Source of the DNA: Azolla caroliniana
Taxonomy: Eukaryota; Plantae; Polypodiophyta
Assembly (NCBI GenBank): GCA_043228905.1
Contig: JBHGNT010000009.1
Coordinates: forward strand, 3,162,001-3,226,000
DNA length: 64,000 bases
Direction of reading: 5' to 3'
The notes beneath the pieces were generated by a model that was given only the letters and a program-made list of their open reading frames with translations, ran no database searches and was not told the origin of the DNA. Position numbers and translations under genes: made by a program. Shown here piece by piece: positions 1-11,000 of the stretch (positions are counted from its first letter, which is position 1; each line of letters starts with the position of its first letter).

Positions 1-1638
1 TTTCTTCTCAATTGGCATTTGCTTAGCTCCATGGACAATTGTACTCGGCATACAAAGTAATAACTGGCAACCACCTTCAAGTTCCCATGTTGTAGAAGAT
101 GAATATTGTTTAGCATACAAAAGTGTAGAACCACTTATTCCATTTTTCTTTATCAAAAACATGTGATTGAAACTTATATTGTTTAACTGAGCAAGCACTT
201 TAACATTCCCACCACCCCCATCTAATATATATCTCTTAAAGTCATATACCTCCTTCAAGTGTAACACTTTTGGGCGTGGTGTATATGCATCACAAATGAC
301 ATCAAATAGTTTAGGTAAAGTGAAAGCATCATGCCGAGACAACTGTCTGGAGAATGTGCTAAACATCTGATCTATATGGTCATGTGTGTGGCCAACCAAA
401 AGGAAATTGACTTTCACTTTCCTAAACAATTCTAGGTTGACCAACATACTTAGATAGCCAAATACAGTTGAATTTTTGTTCTCTCTAGCAGTATTGTCCA
501 ATTGAATGTATAGAACAGGGGGGAAAGGTTGTCCCCAAGACATCAAAACTCGGTGAATCACTGTAACTGTTAGGTTAGGGTCATTGTGAACATTGGGGTA
601 AGTAATGAAGACGTGAGGTCGAACAGACCTATTATAAGCCAAGCATCCCACCAAGTGCATTTGAACAAGGCACTCATCATTGACATCTTTGGGGAGCCTC
701 CGCATATGCGGCAAGCATGTCTTCTTCTAGTCCATGCCATCTATCATTAAGCACATGTATTGTTCAGGCCTCTTCAAACACTTCTCTCTATGATGCATCG
801 CCTTCCTTCGTTCTAAGGATTGTGCCTCACGATGCTCTTGTAGTAACTTCTTACTCGTATCCTTTTCCATTGATGTCTTTGCACCTTTAGCCAAACTTTT
901 AAGATTTGCACAAATGGAGCAATACCCCATACGTACTTTACGAGGAATAATAACATTTGAAAACCGAGCTCTCCATAATCTTGTGAATTGGCTATAGGTG
1001 ATAGACTTATTACGTGAGCCCAGCATTTCAGATCGATAGACATCATAAACTTCCCGACGGGTATAATTATCAGAAAGATGCATCCTACCTGTAGTGGGCA
1101 TTACTTCACAATTTAACTGAAAGTAAGTTTTCATCCAGCCAATAGCTAGTCTTCCAATTGCACCTTTCATACTTGGAACCTCTTTACAATTGAGCATTTG
1201 ATCCCCGCTAAGTAGACGTTGTTGTACTCTATGTAGCCGCATGTTACTAACACATAACGCAATTTTGAATGCAACTCTACATATCTGTTGCGCATGGAAG
1301 ATATAATACTCGAATGATACTTTGATCCCCGTACATTTGTCAGATACTAGTTGCATATGTGATCCGAGGTAAGTGTCTTGCTCATCACCGGTCATCGAAA
1401 AATAGTATCGCCTTAATTCTCGCAACTTTGATTTTCCAATCATAGACATACAACCACGGGCACAACATATTTTGTTGACATCAAATCCAATCTGTTTATG
1501 TGATGTCACCAAGCTAAATCTAGCTAGACGAATTCTTCGTGGGATTCTTCTAATATGCATAGGGCTCCCAGATTTCTCTTCCTGCTTAGAGGTTGGTGTA
1601 ACCTTGTTACAGTCTAATTCTCTGTTCTGACCATCGCC

Positions 1639-2246
1639 TGTAAGGAATAGACGCTTCTATTCACCTTCACCGCTCGGCCACAACCGAGTAAGCACGAATC
1701 AATGGAGCAGAAAATAGGAACCACAAAGAGAAACAAAACGCGAGCACACAGGGATTAACGTGGAAAACCCTAGACGGGAAAAACCACGGGAGTACAAGAC
1801 TCCAAACCAACACTATACAGAGAAGTATACAATGGCGAGCTGCAAGGCGACGACCTTGAGCTCGCTGTCCTCGCCACAGGCGGCGGAAATACACAGAGGC
1901 GTCTACCTCTTCCTCTCTCGCGCTCTGTCTCTCTCTCTCTCACGGCTGCTCTCTCTTCACTCCTCTTGAGTGGAAAAACAGAAAAATGAGTAGCAACAGC
2001 AAAACTGTTTGCCCTAAGTCATATTTATACTTATATGACTTTGGGCTATTTACAACTATAGCCTCAGGGGCCCATAGCGAACATATTCACGGATATGTCC
2101 CTGCATCCGGATCGCTCTCCGGGTACATTCATCATCCGGCACCGAAGCCGGGGTCTTCGTCATCCGGATCCGAAACCTAAACCGGGCTCGTCGGCATTCA
2201 TCTCCGACATCCGACCATCCCATCCGAAGGGACCGTAATCCCAACA
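1639..2246 (-). repeat. 3' LTR of the Copia element
   Basis: Direct repeat of 6364-6971; I see one mismatch (2131 A vs 6856 G). Confidence 0.97.
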
Positions 2247-2256
2247 AACTCCCCCT

Positions 2257-5200
2257 TCACTTCGGCATGGGATGTCTCTCCAATCCGATCCTCTTCCGGC
2301 ATGCTTCCAGCTTGTCGGGTGTGAGGACCTTGGTCAGCATATCCGACCCGTTCTCGTCCGTGTGGATCTTTGTCAGCACGAGCTCCTTGTCTTCTATCCT
2401 TTCCCGGATCCAGTGATATCTTCGTTGGATGTGCTTCGTCCGGGAGTGATAGGCCGCGTTCTTCGCAAGGTGGATTGCACTCTGACTGTCGCAGTAGAGT
2501 CGGTACTCCTCCTGCCGGATACCGAGCTCTCTAATGAAGTCCTTCATCCATATTATTTCCTTGCCGGCTTCAACAGCCGCCATGTACTCCGCCTCCGTGG
2601 TTGACAACGCAACCGTCTTCTGCAGCCTCGACTGCCACGAAACAGCTCCCCCTGCATACGTCATCACATACCCTGATGTGGACCGGCTGGTATCTGCATC
2701 AGCCGACATATCCGAATCGGTAAAGCCATCGAGTTCGGGCATTCCGGAGCCGAATCGGAGGCACACGTTTGCCGTGCCCTTCAGGTATCGGAGTATCCAC
2801 TTGACCGCGTTCCAGTGCTCTTTGCCGGGATTGCTCATGTACCGACTTACCGCTCCGACTGCATATCCGATGTCCGGTCTCGTACACACCATGGCGTACA
2901 TCAAGCTCCCGACGGCTGAGGCATACGGCACTTTCATCATATCCTCCTTTTCAGCCTTTGTCTTGGGACTTTGCTTGCTGGACAGCTTGCAGTTTGCCGG
3001 GAGGGTCGATCCGACCGGTCTTGCTTCCGACATGTTGAACCGTTTAAGCACCTTTGTCACGTACTTCTCCTGTGACAGCCACAACTGCTTCTTCTTCCGG
3101 TCCCAGATGATGTGCATCCCTAGTATTTGCCTCGCCGGACCCAGGTCCTTCATTGAGAAGGTTCGGTGAAGAGCCTTCTTCAGCATCCGTATCTTGACCT
3201 GGTCCCGTCCGACGATCAACATGTCGTCCACGTACAGGAGGAGTATTAGAGAGTGTCCTCCTTCAAACTTCTTCACAAACACGCAGTGGTCGGACTGCGT
3301 TTTGAGGTACCCTTCGTCGGTCATGAAGGAGTCGAACTTCCGGTACCATTGCCGGGGAGCCTGCTTCAGTCCGTAAAGGCTCTTCTTCAACCGGCATACC
3401 AGGTGCTCCTTCCCTTTCTTCTCGAATCCTTCCGGTTGCTGCATGTAGATCTCTTCATCGAGGTCACCGTGAAGGAATGCCGTCTTCACGTCCATCTGTT
3501 CTACCTCGAGGTCCATGCTTGCCGCTATGCTCAGCACCGTCCGGATGGAGGTCATCTTCACTACCGGGGCAAATATCTCGTCGAAGTCGACGCCCTTCTT
3601 CTGCTGAAACCCCTTCACCACGATCCTGGCTTTGTATCTCGGGGGGTTTCCGGCATCTCCCGGTTTCAGCTTGAACACCCACTTGTTTCGTAGTGCCCGC
3701 TTTCCTTTCGGCAACTCCACAAGTTCGTATGTGTGGTTCTCATGCAGGGAATCCATCTCGTCCTGCATGGCACTCAACCACCTGCGGCTCTGGGTGTCAT
3801 GCTTTGCTTCTTCAAAGCTCTCCGGCTCCCCCTCGTCGGTTAGCAGCACGTGCTCTGGTTCCGGAAATCTCCGGGGGGCCCTCCTCTCTCTTAGAGGATA
3901 TCTCCGTTCGGGAACTTCGGTAACCGGTTCTTCCGATTCTCCCTCTTCATCCGAATCCATTTCGGGATCGGGGCCGGTTCCGGTATCATTTTCATCTTCT
4001 TCGGCCGGTTCTGTTTCTTCACCGTCTTCGGCCGGGTCCTCGAGTGCTAACCGGTCCCTTGCCGGTCGGGACTGCTCCTCGTAGAGCTGATCCTCACCGG
4101 TCGACTTGGAGCTCTTCATCTTCTTCTCCGACTCCCAGTCGGCGAGTGTCTTGTTCTCCATGAAGATGATATCACGACTCCGGAATATCTTCTTGTCGAC
4201 CGGGTCCCATACTCGGTAGCCGAACTCGTCGTCGCCGTAACCGAGGAATATGCATGGCCGGGTCTTCGGATCTAGCTTTCCTCTCCGGTCCTTTGCCACA
4301 TGCACGTATGCGAGACACCCGAACACCTTCAGATGCCGGTAGGACACTTCCTTACCGGTCCACACTTTCTGCGGCGTGTCTCCGTCCAAAGGTACTGAGG
4401 GTGATCTGTTTATCACGTATGTCGCCGTCGACATTGCCTCAGCCCAAAACCCCTTGGGTAATTTCGCATGCGCCAGCATACTCCGGACCCTCTCCATTAT
4501 GGTCCGGTTCATCCTCTCGGCCAGCCCGTTCAGTTCCGGCGTCTTCGGCACAGTAAACTCGAGTCGGATTCCCTTCGAGCGACAGTACTCCTGGAACTGC
4601 CCCCGGTATTCCCCTCCGTTATCCGCTCGTATCGCTTTCAGCTTCTTGCCGGATTCCCTTTCCACTCTCGCGTGGAGTTCTTTGAAGACGCACAACACTT
4701 GGTCCTTTGTCTTCAACGGTGCCGTCCACAGCTTCCGGCTGTGATCATCAATGAATGTTACGAAGTACTGGGCTCCGCCATGTGACTTCGTTTCTACCTG
4801 ACACACATCAGTGTGCACCAACTCCAATGGTGCGCTACGTCTCGTCGGTGGCCTTGAGTGGAAGGAGGTTCGGTTCTGTTTACCGGCCAGGCAATCGGTG
4901 CACTTCTCCAGGTGCACATGCTTCACTGGAATAAGGTTGTCTTCTGCAAGCCTCTTCATCCCCTTCTCACTCATGTGGCACAGTCTTTTGTGCCACAGCT
5001 CACCGGCAGTGTCGGTTGCCACATTCAGCTCTTCCGGACATAACCGGGCATTCATCAGGTACAGTGTGTTGTCTTTCCGGGCCCGAGCCACTATCAGGCT
5101 CCCCTTGCTGAACTTCATTACGCCGTTCCGGATGCTACCTGTGTAGCCTTCATCGTCTAGCCTCCCGGCCGAAATCAGGTTCAATCGAACCTCCGGAACG

Positions 5201-6333
5201 TGTCGGACATCCTTCAGCAGCATTTTGCATCCGGTCGGGGTTGTCAACCACACATCTCCGATGCCGGCAATCCGGCACGTACCTTCATTTCCCATCCGAA
5301 CACAGCCATGCTCACCGGCTGTGTAGGATGAGAAGTATCTTCTCTCCGGGGTCAGGTGGAACGATGCTCCGGAATCGACCACCCAGGTCATCTCTTCACC
5401 GGCAAGGTTCAGCTCCCTCTCTTCGGTAATGAGCATTATCTCTTCTTCACTTGCCGCGAGTGCCGTCGTTCCTTTCCGGTCCTGCCCTCGCCGATCCGGA
5501 CCCCTCCGGTCCGTGGCTCCCCGGTATGCACCGTTTCTCTCCGGTGACTTCTTTGAATCGGTGTCGTCGGCTCCGTTGTCTTTTCGGTAATGCCGACAAT
5601 TCTTTCGGAAGTGCCCCGGCTTCCCACAGTGGAAGCATGTGGGCCTTCCTCTTGACTGCGACCGGGTCCCCGACTTCTCCCGTCTTTGCGGACTCCGGTT
5701 CCATTGTCTTCCCCGATCCGATTCGGTAAGCAGCGCCTTCGAGTCGGAGGCCGGTTCTTTGTCTCTCCGACGCGCTTCTTCGTTCAAAATACTTGTCTTT
5801 ACCGTTTGTAAGGACAAGTTATCTTCTGTGCAGGAGGTGCTGAGAGTCACCACCAAGTTCTCCCAGCTTTCCGGCAATGTACACATCAGGATGATGGCTT
5901 GCATTGCATCCTCCAACGGGAACTTGATCGCCGCAAGCTGATTCACGAATCCCATGAACGTGCTTACGTGTTCCACCATACTCTCGCCGTCCCGGTACTT
6001 GAGATTCACTATCTTCCTCATCAGGGAGGTCCGGTTCAACGCATTCTTCCTCTCGTAGAGGCCCGACAGCTTCTTCCACATCTCATATGCGTTGGTGTCG
6101 TTTGCCACATGTTGTAGGACGCTCACGTCGACGTATTGCCGAATGGTTGCAACGGCTTTCCGATTCAGAAGCCTCCATTCCGACTCAAGTACCCCTTTCG
6201 GTATTTCCGACCTGTCAATCGGTTCGTACAGGTCCCGAACAATCAGAAGATCCTCCATCTTGATCTTCCAGTCGGCGTAATTCTGCGCATTCAGCACCAT
6301 CATCCCCGGCTGCCCGCTGCCGCCGCCTTCCAT
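2257..6333 (-). CDS. Copia gag-pol polyprotein (1358 aa)
   Basis: Gag, CCHC knuckle (CFHCGKPGHFRKNC), protease (VVDSGAS), GAG-pre-integrase (WHKRLCHMS), integrase (DNGGEY, NGLAERMNRT), RT (LYVDDML) and RNase H (FTDSD, TEAEY), in Copia INT-RT order with no stops. Confidence 0.98.
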   Translation of the reverse strand: MEGGGSGQPGMMVLNAQNYADWKIKMEDLLIVRDLYEPIDRSEIPKGVLESEWRLLNRKAVATIRQYVDVSVLQHVANDTNAYEMWKKLSGLYERKNALNRTSLMRKIVNLKYRDGESMVEHVSTFMGFVNQLAAIKFPLEDAMQAIILMCTLPESWENLVVTLSTSCTEDNLSLQTVKTSILNEEARRRDKEPASDSKALLTESDRGRQWNRSPQRREKSGTRSQSRGRPTCFHCGKPGHFRKNCRHYRKDNGADDTDSKKSPERNGAYRGATDRRGPDRRGQDRKGTTALAASEEEIMLITEERELNLAGEEMTWVVDSGASFHLTPERRYFSSYTAGEHGCVRMGNEGTCRIAGIGDVWLTTPTGCKMLLKDVRHVPEVRLNLISAGRLDDEGYTGSIRNGVMKFSKGSLIVARARKDNTLYLMNARLCPEELNVATDTAGELWHKRLCHMSEKGMKRLAEDNLIPVKHVHLEKCTDCLAGKQNRTSFHSRPPTRRSAPLELVHTDVCQVETKSHGGAQYFVTFIDDHSRKLWTAPLKTKDQVLCVFKELHARVERESGKKLKAIRADNGGEYRGQFQEYCRSKGIRLEFTVPKTPELNGLAERMNRTIMERVRSMLAHAKLPKGFWAEAMSTATYVINRSPSVPLDGDTPQKVWTGKEVSYRHLKVFGCLAYVHVAKDRRGKLDPKTRPCIFLGYGDDEFGYRVWDPVDKKIFRSRDIIFMENKTLADWESEKKMKSSKSTGEDQLYEEQSRPARDRLALEDPAEDGEETEPAEEDENDTGTGPDPEMDSDEEGESEEPVTEVPERRYPLRERRAPRRFPEPEHVLLTDEGEPESFEEAKHDTQSRRWLSAMQDEMDSLHENHTYELVELPKGKRALRNKWVFKLKPGDAGNPPRYKARIVVKGFQQKKGVDFDEIFAPVVKMTSIRTVLSIAASMDLEVEQMDVKTAFLHGDLDEEIYMQQPEGFEKKGKEHLVCRLKKSLYGLKQAPRQWYRKFDSFMTDEGYLKTQSDHCVFVKKFEGGHSLILLLYVDDMLIVGRDQVKIRMLKKALHRTFSMKDLGPARQILGMHIIWDRKKKQLWLSQEKYVTKVLKRFNMSEARPVGSTLPANCKLSSKQSPKTKAEKEDMMKVPYASAVGSLMYAMVCTRPDIGYAVGAVSRYMSNPGKEHWNAVKWILRYLKGTANVCLRFGSGMPELDGFTDSDMSADADTSRSTSGYVMTYAGGAVSWQSRLQKTVALSTTEAEYMAAVEAGKEIIWMKDFIRELGIRQEEYRLYCDSQSAIHLAKNAAYHSRTKHIQRRYHWIRERIEDKELVLTKIHTDENGSDMLTKVLTPDKLEACRKRIGLERHPMPK

Positions 6334-6363
6334 TTTCTGCAGCAGTTCGCTCTGATACCAGTT

Positions 6364-6971
6364 TGTAAGGAATAGACGCTTCTATTCACCTTCACCGCTC
6401 GGCCACAACCGAGTAAGCACGAATCAATGGAGCAGAAAATAGGAACCACAAAGAGAAACAAAACGCGAGCACACAGGGATTAACGTGGAAAACCCTAGAC
6501 GGGAAAAACCACGGGAGTACAAGACTCCAAACCAACACTATACAGAGAAGTATACAATGGCGAGCTGCAAGGCGACGACCTTGAGCTCGCTGTCCTCGCC
6601 ACAGGCGGCGGAAATACACAGAGGCGTCTACCTCTTCCTCTCTCGCGCTCTGTCTCTCTCTCTCTCACGGCTGCTCTCTCTTCACTCCTCTTGAGTGGAA
6701 AAACAGAAAAATGAGTAGCAACAGCAAAACTGTTTGCCCTAAGTCATATTTATACTTATATGACTTTGGGCTATTTACAACTATAGCCTCAGGGGCCCAT
6801 AGCGAACATATTCACGGATATGTCCCTGCATCCGGATCGCTCTCCGGGTACATTCGTCATCCGGCACCGAAGCCGGGGTCTTCGTCATCCGGATCCGAAA
6901 CCTAAACCGGGCTCGTCGGCATTCATCTCCGACATCCGACCATCCCATCCGAAGGGACCGTAATCCCAACA
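6364..6971 (-). repeat. 5' LTR of the Copia element
   Basis: Direct repeat of 1639-2246, adjacent to the PBS. Confidence 0.97.
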
Positions 6972-7034
6972 TCGCCAATGTTATTCAATGTTTCCTGTGC
7001 ACTTCCTTCATTCTCGGTATCTTTATTAATATCG

Positions 7035-7250
7035 TATTCTTCAATAGAGAACTCTTCACATGTGTCATTATTTACATTCCCTGTAGATGAGCCCAGACAA
7101 TATTCTTCGATAGAATATGGTGAGTCAGTCGACAGACAATATTCTTCAATCGAATATGGTGACTCTGTTGACAAACAATACTCTTCAGTAGAAAACAATG
7201 GGTCTGATGACAAACAATATTCTTCAATCGAGAACAGTGAATCTTCACTC
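7035..7250 (-). repeat. 39-bp coding tandem repeat (13-aa unit, SIEEYCLS...) at the transposase N-terminus
   Basis: ORF 7252- reads SIEEYCLSSDPLF/STEEYCLSTESPY/SIEEYCLSTDSPY/SIEEYCLG plus a degenerate SIEEY. Confidence 0.85.
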
Positions 7251-7923
7251 ATGGCTTAAGGTCTAGATAGGGCTCTCTAAGTTATACTCCTCTCTAAACA
7301 TATACTCCTCCCTAAACATAAACTTCTCCCTAAACAAAAGCCAAATGAATAGAATGTCTATATTATGTAATATTCTATTAATACAATACATCTAAAAATT
7401 ATTTTTAATAAAGTAATTTTACTTAAATTATCAATCATTATATAAACTAGATCTAAATGATGTTAAATCAAGTAAAATATAAAACTAATCATTAACAAGC
7501 CTTGAATATGTTGGATTAATGTTAAAATCATTGGCTAATTAATGGCACCCATTTTGATATAGAACGTCTCACGCATTGGTTCTTTAATGCTCACCATTTT
7601 AAATATTAGACTTATCAATCATTGGTTAATTCATGCCCACATCTTTAATACATAACATTTGAGAGTCATAAAAATTGTTGCTTTTAGTAATCAATCATTG
7701 GTACATTCATGAACCTCTATCATTGTCTCCTTCATAACCTTTGAAGTCATTGTAGGTTGTTATGACTATAAAAGATTGATCAATATGTTAGTTTGACTTT
7801 GTAATCATTAATACAATCATAAGTTACTCTAGTTAATGTGACTATGGTTACCAACTAACTATCCTCAAAGTTACCAACATTGGTTAAGGTGACTATGGTT
7901 ACTTTAACCAATATGTTCAATCC

Positions 7924-7932
7924 CTATAAATA
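7924..7932 (+). promoter_or_regulatory. Candidate TATA box of the ParB-methyltransferase gene
   Basis: CTATAAATA ~140 bp upstream of the ATG at 8067 (context ACCATG), followed by a CAGAGCAC-rich leader. Confidence 0.5.
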
Positions 7933-8066
7933 GGAAGACCTCGTCATATTTCACTCACCAGAGCGTACAGAGCACACAGAACGTAGAGAGCACACAGAGC
8001 ACACAAAGCACTCAGAGCACAAAGCACGAAAGCGCGATCTCCGCCTCCACTTCAACACGATCAACC

Positions 8067-11000
8067 ATGTCTTCAAAGAGAATCGAGCGCGAGGACTCCA
8101 GGTAGGCCTCTGACACTGTGGACATTTTTGTAAATATGTTTCGTTTCTCAAGAACTCGATACGCCGTATCGAGTTCGTGTATAAATATTTGTATTGTATA
8201 CATGAACTCGATACGGCGTATCGAGTTCCTGTTTAAAGTGTAGGTTTTAAACACGAACTCGATACACCGTATCGAGTTCGTGTTTAAAGTGTAGGTTTTA
8301 AACACGAACTCGATACGGCGTATCGAGTTCGTGTTTAAAGTGTAGGTTTCAAAAAGAATCTCGATACGCCGTATCGAGTTCGTGTTTAAAGTTTGAATTT
8401 TAAAAAGGAACTCGATACGCCGTATCGAGTCCCTGTTTATAGTATAGGTTTTAAACACGAACTCGATACGCCGTATCGAGTTTCTGTTTAAAACCTACAC
8501 TATAAATAGGAACTCGATACGGCGTATCGAGTTCCTTTTTAAAATTCAAACTTTAAACACGAACTCGATACGGCGTATTGAGTTCGTGTTTAAAGTGTAG
8601 GTTTTAAACACGAACTCGATACGGCGTATTGAGTCCCTGTATATAAGAAGGCTTTGAGAGAGAAAAATCGTTTATGGGGTGGAAATGATATCAAATTGTC
8701 TGGCAAAATCAGTCTTTTTTATATTGACTTTACTTACTTTTAAAGAAATACATGCTCTAATTATAGGTGTTTTAGGACCTACTTTAGCTTAAAATAGTAG
8801 AAAATGATCTACAAATTGCCTTTACTATGACAAATTCTCCTCAATATAGGTTTAGAATCTATATAAGTCATACCTACTATTTAAAAGAATATATAACCCG
8901 TTTTACTTATTACGATATATATTTTCTAGGTTGAATAGCCCTGCCTATAATAGATTTTTGAATATGTTACTGCTCCTGGAAATTGTTATTCATTATAATA
9001 TACAACTTCAATCTACGTGACTGTCTAACTTATGTTTTTGCATATACTTTCTTAAATAGGTCGTTTGAGAACCTGTCGGACCGACCCGTGAAGAAAATTA
9101 AGCTTCGCATACAAGGTTCTCCAATCGAAGCCCAGACCAAGGTAGCTCCTGAGACCATGAAGAGAGGAAAAAAGCTTCTCTTTAACGAAGAGACAAAATC
9201 TCAGCCACATAGTAATGTTAGCCAAAAGAAACTTGTCGCCGCTACTGGAGGCGAAGACCTTCCTGACCGAGATCTAACGGACAAGGAATGGTGTATGCAA
9301 TATGTCGACTCAAAGAAAAAAGTCGTATTGTATACATCAAAGAAGAAGGGTGAGGGGCAGCTTGGAAAAGAAACCCCATTTATGTATGGCCGTATTCTAC
9401 GATTTGACTACGAAGATGCAGATTCGGCCAACATACTGGTAATGATAGAGTGCTCCAAGGGGGTACGTAAAGTGTTCCTTTCAGAAGACCTTTTAGTAAA
9501 GGAATCTTGTGGGCCTGAAGTGTTCAAAAAAGCACTTGATAACTCACAAAACCTGATTGTTACCTTGAGGCCTTATATACAAGGCCATGTAACTCTAAGA
9601 GATGAAGAGCCCTCCCCCTTGAAGGCCACAAAAAAGGTATCCAAAGTCCAGTCAAGACCAGCCAAGAAGAAGACAACGAAAATGTCGGATACGGATTCAA
9701 CAAGTGAAAATGAAGAAGAGGATAATAAGGGGACGCCAGGAGCCGAGCTGGCCTCGGGTGTTTTGTCATCCGAGCAGAATAAAATAAGGAGAGAGTTAAT
9801 GCAACGGAAGCTGGTCAGGAAAGGGCAAGTATTTAATTTTCCTATAACACACATCCATCGGCCCCCTATTGATGAAAAAACAGGTCGAAGACCACTTGAG
9901 ATTAGAGAGCCTCACCGCATGCATGTTCAAAATCTCAAGAAAAAAATGAAAATTAATCCTCATGCCACTGTGGTGCCTTTTATTGTTATGGTAGATCCTG
10001 AAGAATGTGAAACCATTGAAGATTTTGATATTAGAAAGCATGATCAATATAATTATTTTGTCATTGGTGGATCGCATTCAGCAGAGGCACGTCGGCAACT
10101 TGTGAGAGAACATCCAACCACTTTCTCCTTCAAGTATGCCGAGTGCAAAATTTATGTTGGGCTCACAACCGAAGAGGCTAAGCTGTTGGCATGGGACCAT
10201 AATAATGATAATGACTATAGGCAGAAAATGTCGTCTATTGAGCGTATACGGTTCTTCCACCATGAGTATTTAGATGTGAAACAAAAGTTTGGTGTGAAGT
10301 TACATCCAGGCCTTCGACGTCAATGTCTGCATGAAGTCGGCATTGTGGTAGATGATAATGTTAGGTCCGATGGTCTTCGAAAGTATGAGTCTTGGTTTCA
10401 ATTGGTGTTTAGAGATGGAGAAGTATGGGACCTCCAAGATCAAATCTTCTCAATGTGGGAGAATAAGGAGGTAAAGGGTCAACGACAAAAGAAATGTAGG
10501 GTTGACCCTCAACTAGAATTAAAGTCACAAGCCGCCAAGAAAATTGACTTGACAATTGAAGAAGCGGCAAACGACATGAAGCTGTCTCTGTGGAGAGCGA
10601 TGCAAGGTATTAAGGACGAGCAGCTTCTTGTGTCGGTTTTGTCAAGGGTTGTGGCGAAAGACTTAAGCCTTGAAGAAATGGTCACTGAGTTCAATAAGTA
10701 AGTCTTTCAAATATTGAAATTGTAGTCTATCTGGTGTAATTCAAAGTTCTAATCTTGATTTCTAATTTTACAGTCATAAGGTGTACATGAAGATCCAAGA
10801 AGTTATGATGAAACAACTTGGATGTATAACTTGGGAACAAGTGACCGAGGATTATCCTCTAACGTCTTCGTATAAGGCGTTATCAGAGTATTTTATTGCA
10901 TTCAAGGATTGGGTTAGTATTCATGTTTTTTCATTACCCTTTCATCATATGTAGAGCTTGTATAATAATACCTGATGTCCTATTGCTTCTATTAGAAACC

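Larger units (their letters stand above)
1639..6971 (-). mobile_element. Full-length Ty1/Copia LTR retrotransposon (Tnt1/Tork-like)
   Basis: 608-bp LTRs at 1639-2246 and 6364-6971, both TG...CA. 5-bp TSD TCGCC at 1634-1638 and 6972-6976. tRNA-Met PBS (TGGTATCAGAGC on - strand) at ~6349-6360. PPT (GAAGGGGGAG on -) at ~2249-2258. Intact polyprotein ORF. Confidence 0.98.
1..7252 (-). pseudogene. Sola-like/DUF7869-type DDD transposase, interrupted by a Copia insertion (1639-6971) and a premature stop; runs off the left window edge
   Basis: Removing the Copia and one TSD copy joins ORF 7252-6972 (MSEDSLF...LNNIGD) in frame to 1633-727 (GQNRELDC...MIDGMD). Past the TAG at 729-727 (expected CAG) the frame stays open to position 1: KKTCLPH...VLYIQLDNTARENKN...FLLVGHTHDHIDQMFS. 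The DGMDQ / QLDN-x3-ENKN / VGHTHxxIDQ motifs are typical of this RNase H-fold transposase group. A CxxC (CSIC) lies upstream. Confidence 0.8.

Noticed and set aside
2272-6375. Numerous + strand ORFs within the Copia
   Set aside because: Antisense shadow ORFs of a GC-rich coding region.
8012-8458. 148-aa repetitive ORF on the - strand
   Set aside because: It is a translation of the 51-bp palindrome array, with no protein signature.
8153-8635. CRISPR-like array (23-bp palindromic repeat with ~28-bp spacers)
   Set aside because: The spacers are variants or inversions of one another rather than unique, there are no cas genes, and the array lies in a spliceosomal intron of eukaryotic DNA.
8983-9059. 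TTG start of the 572-aa ORF
   Set aside because: This stretch is AT-rich intron ending in an AG acceptor at 9058-9059; the ATG exon at 8067-8101 splices in frame.
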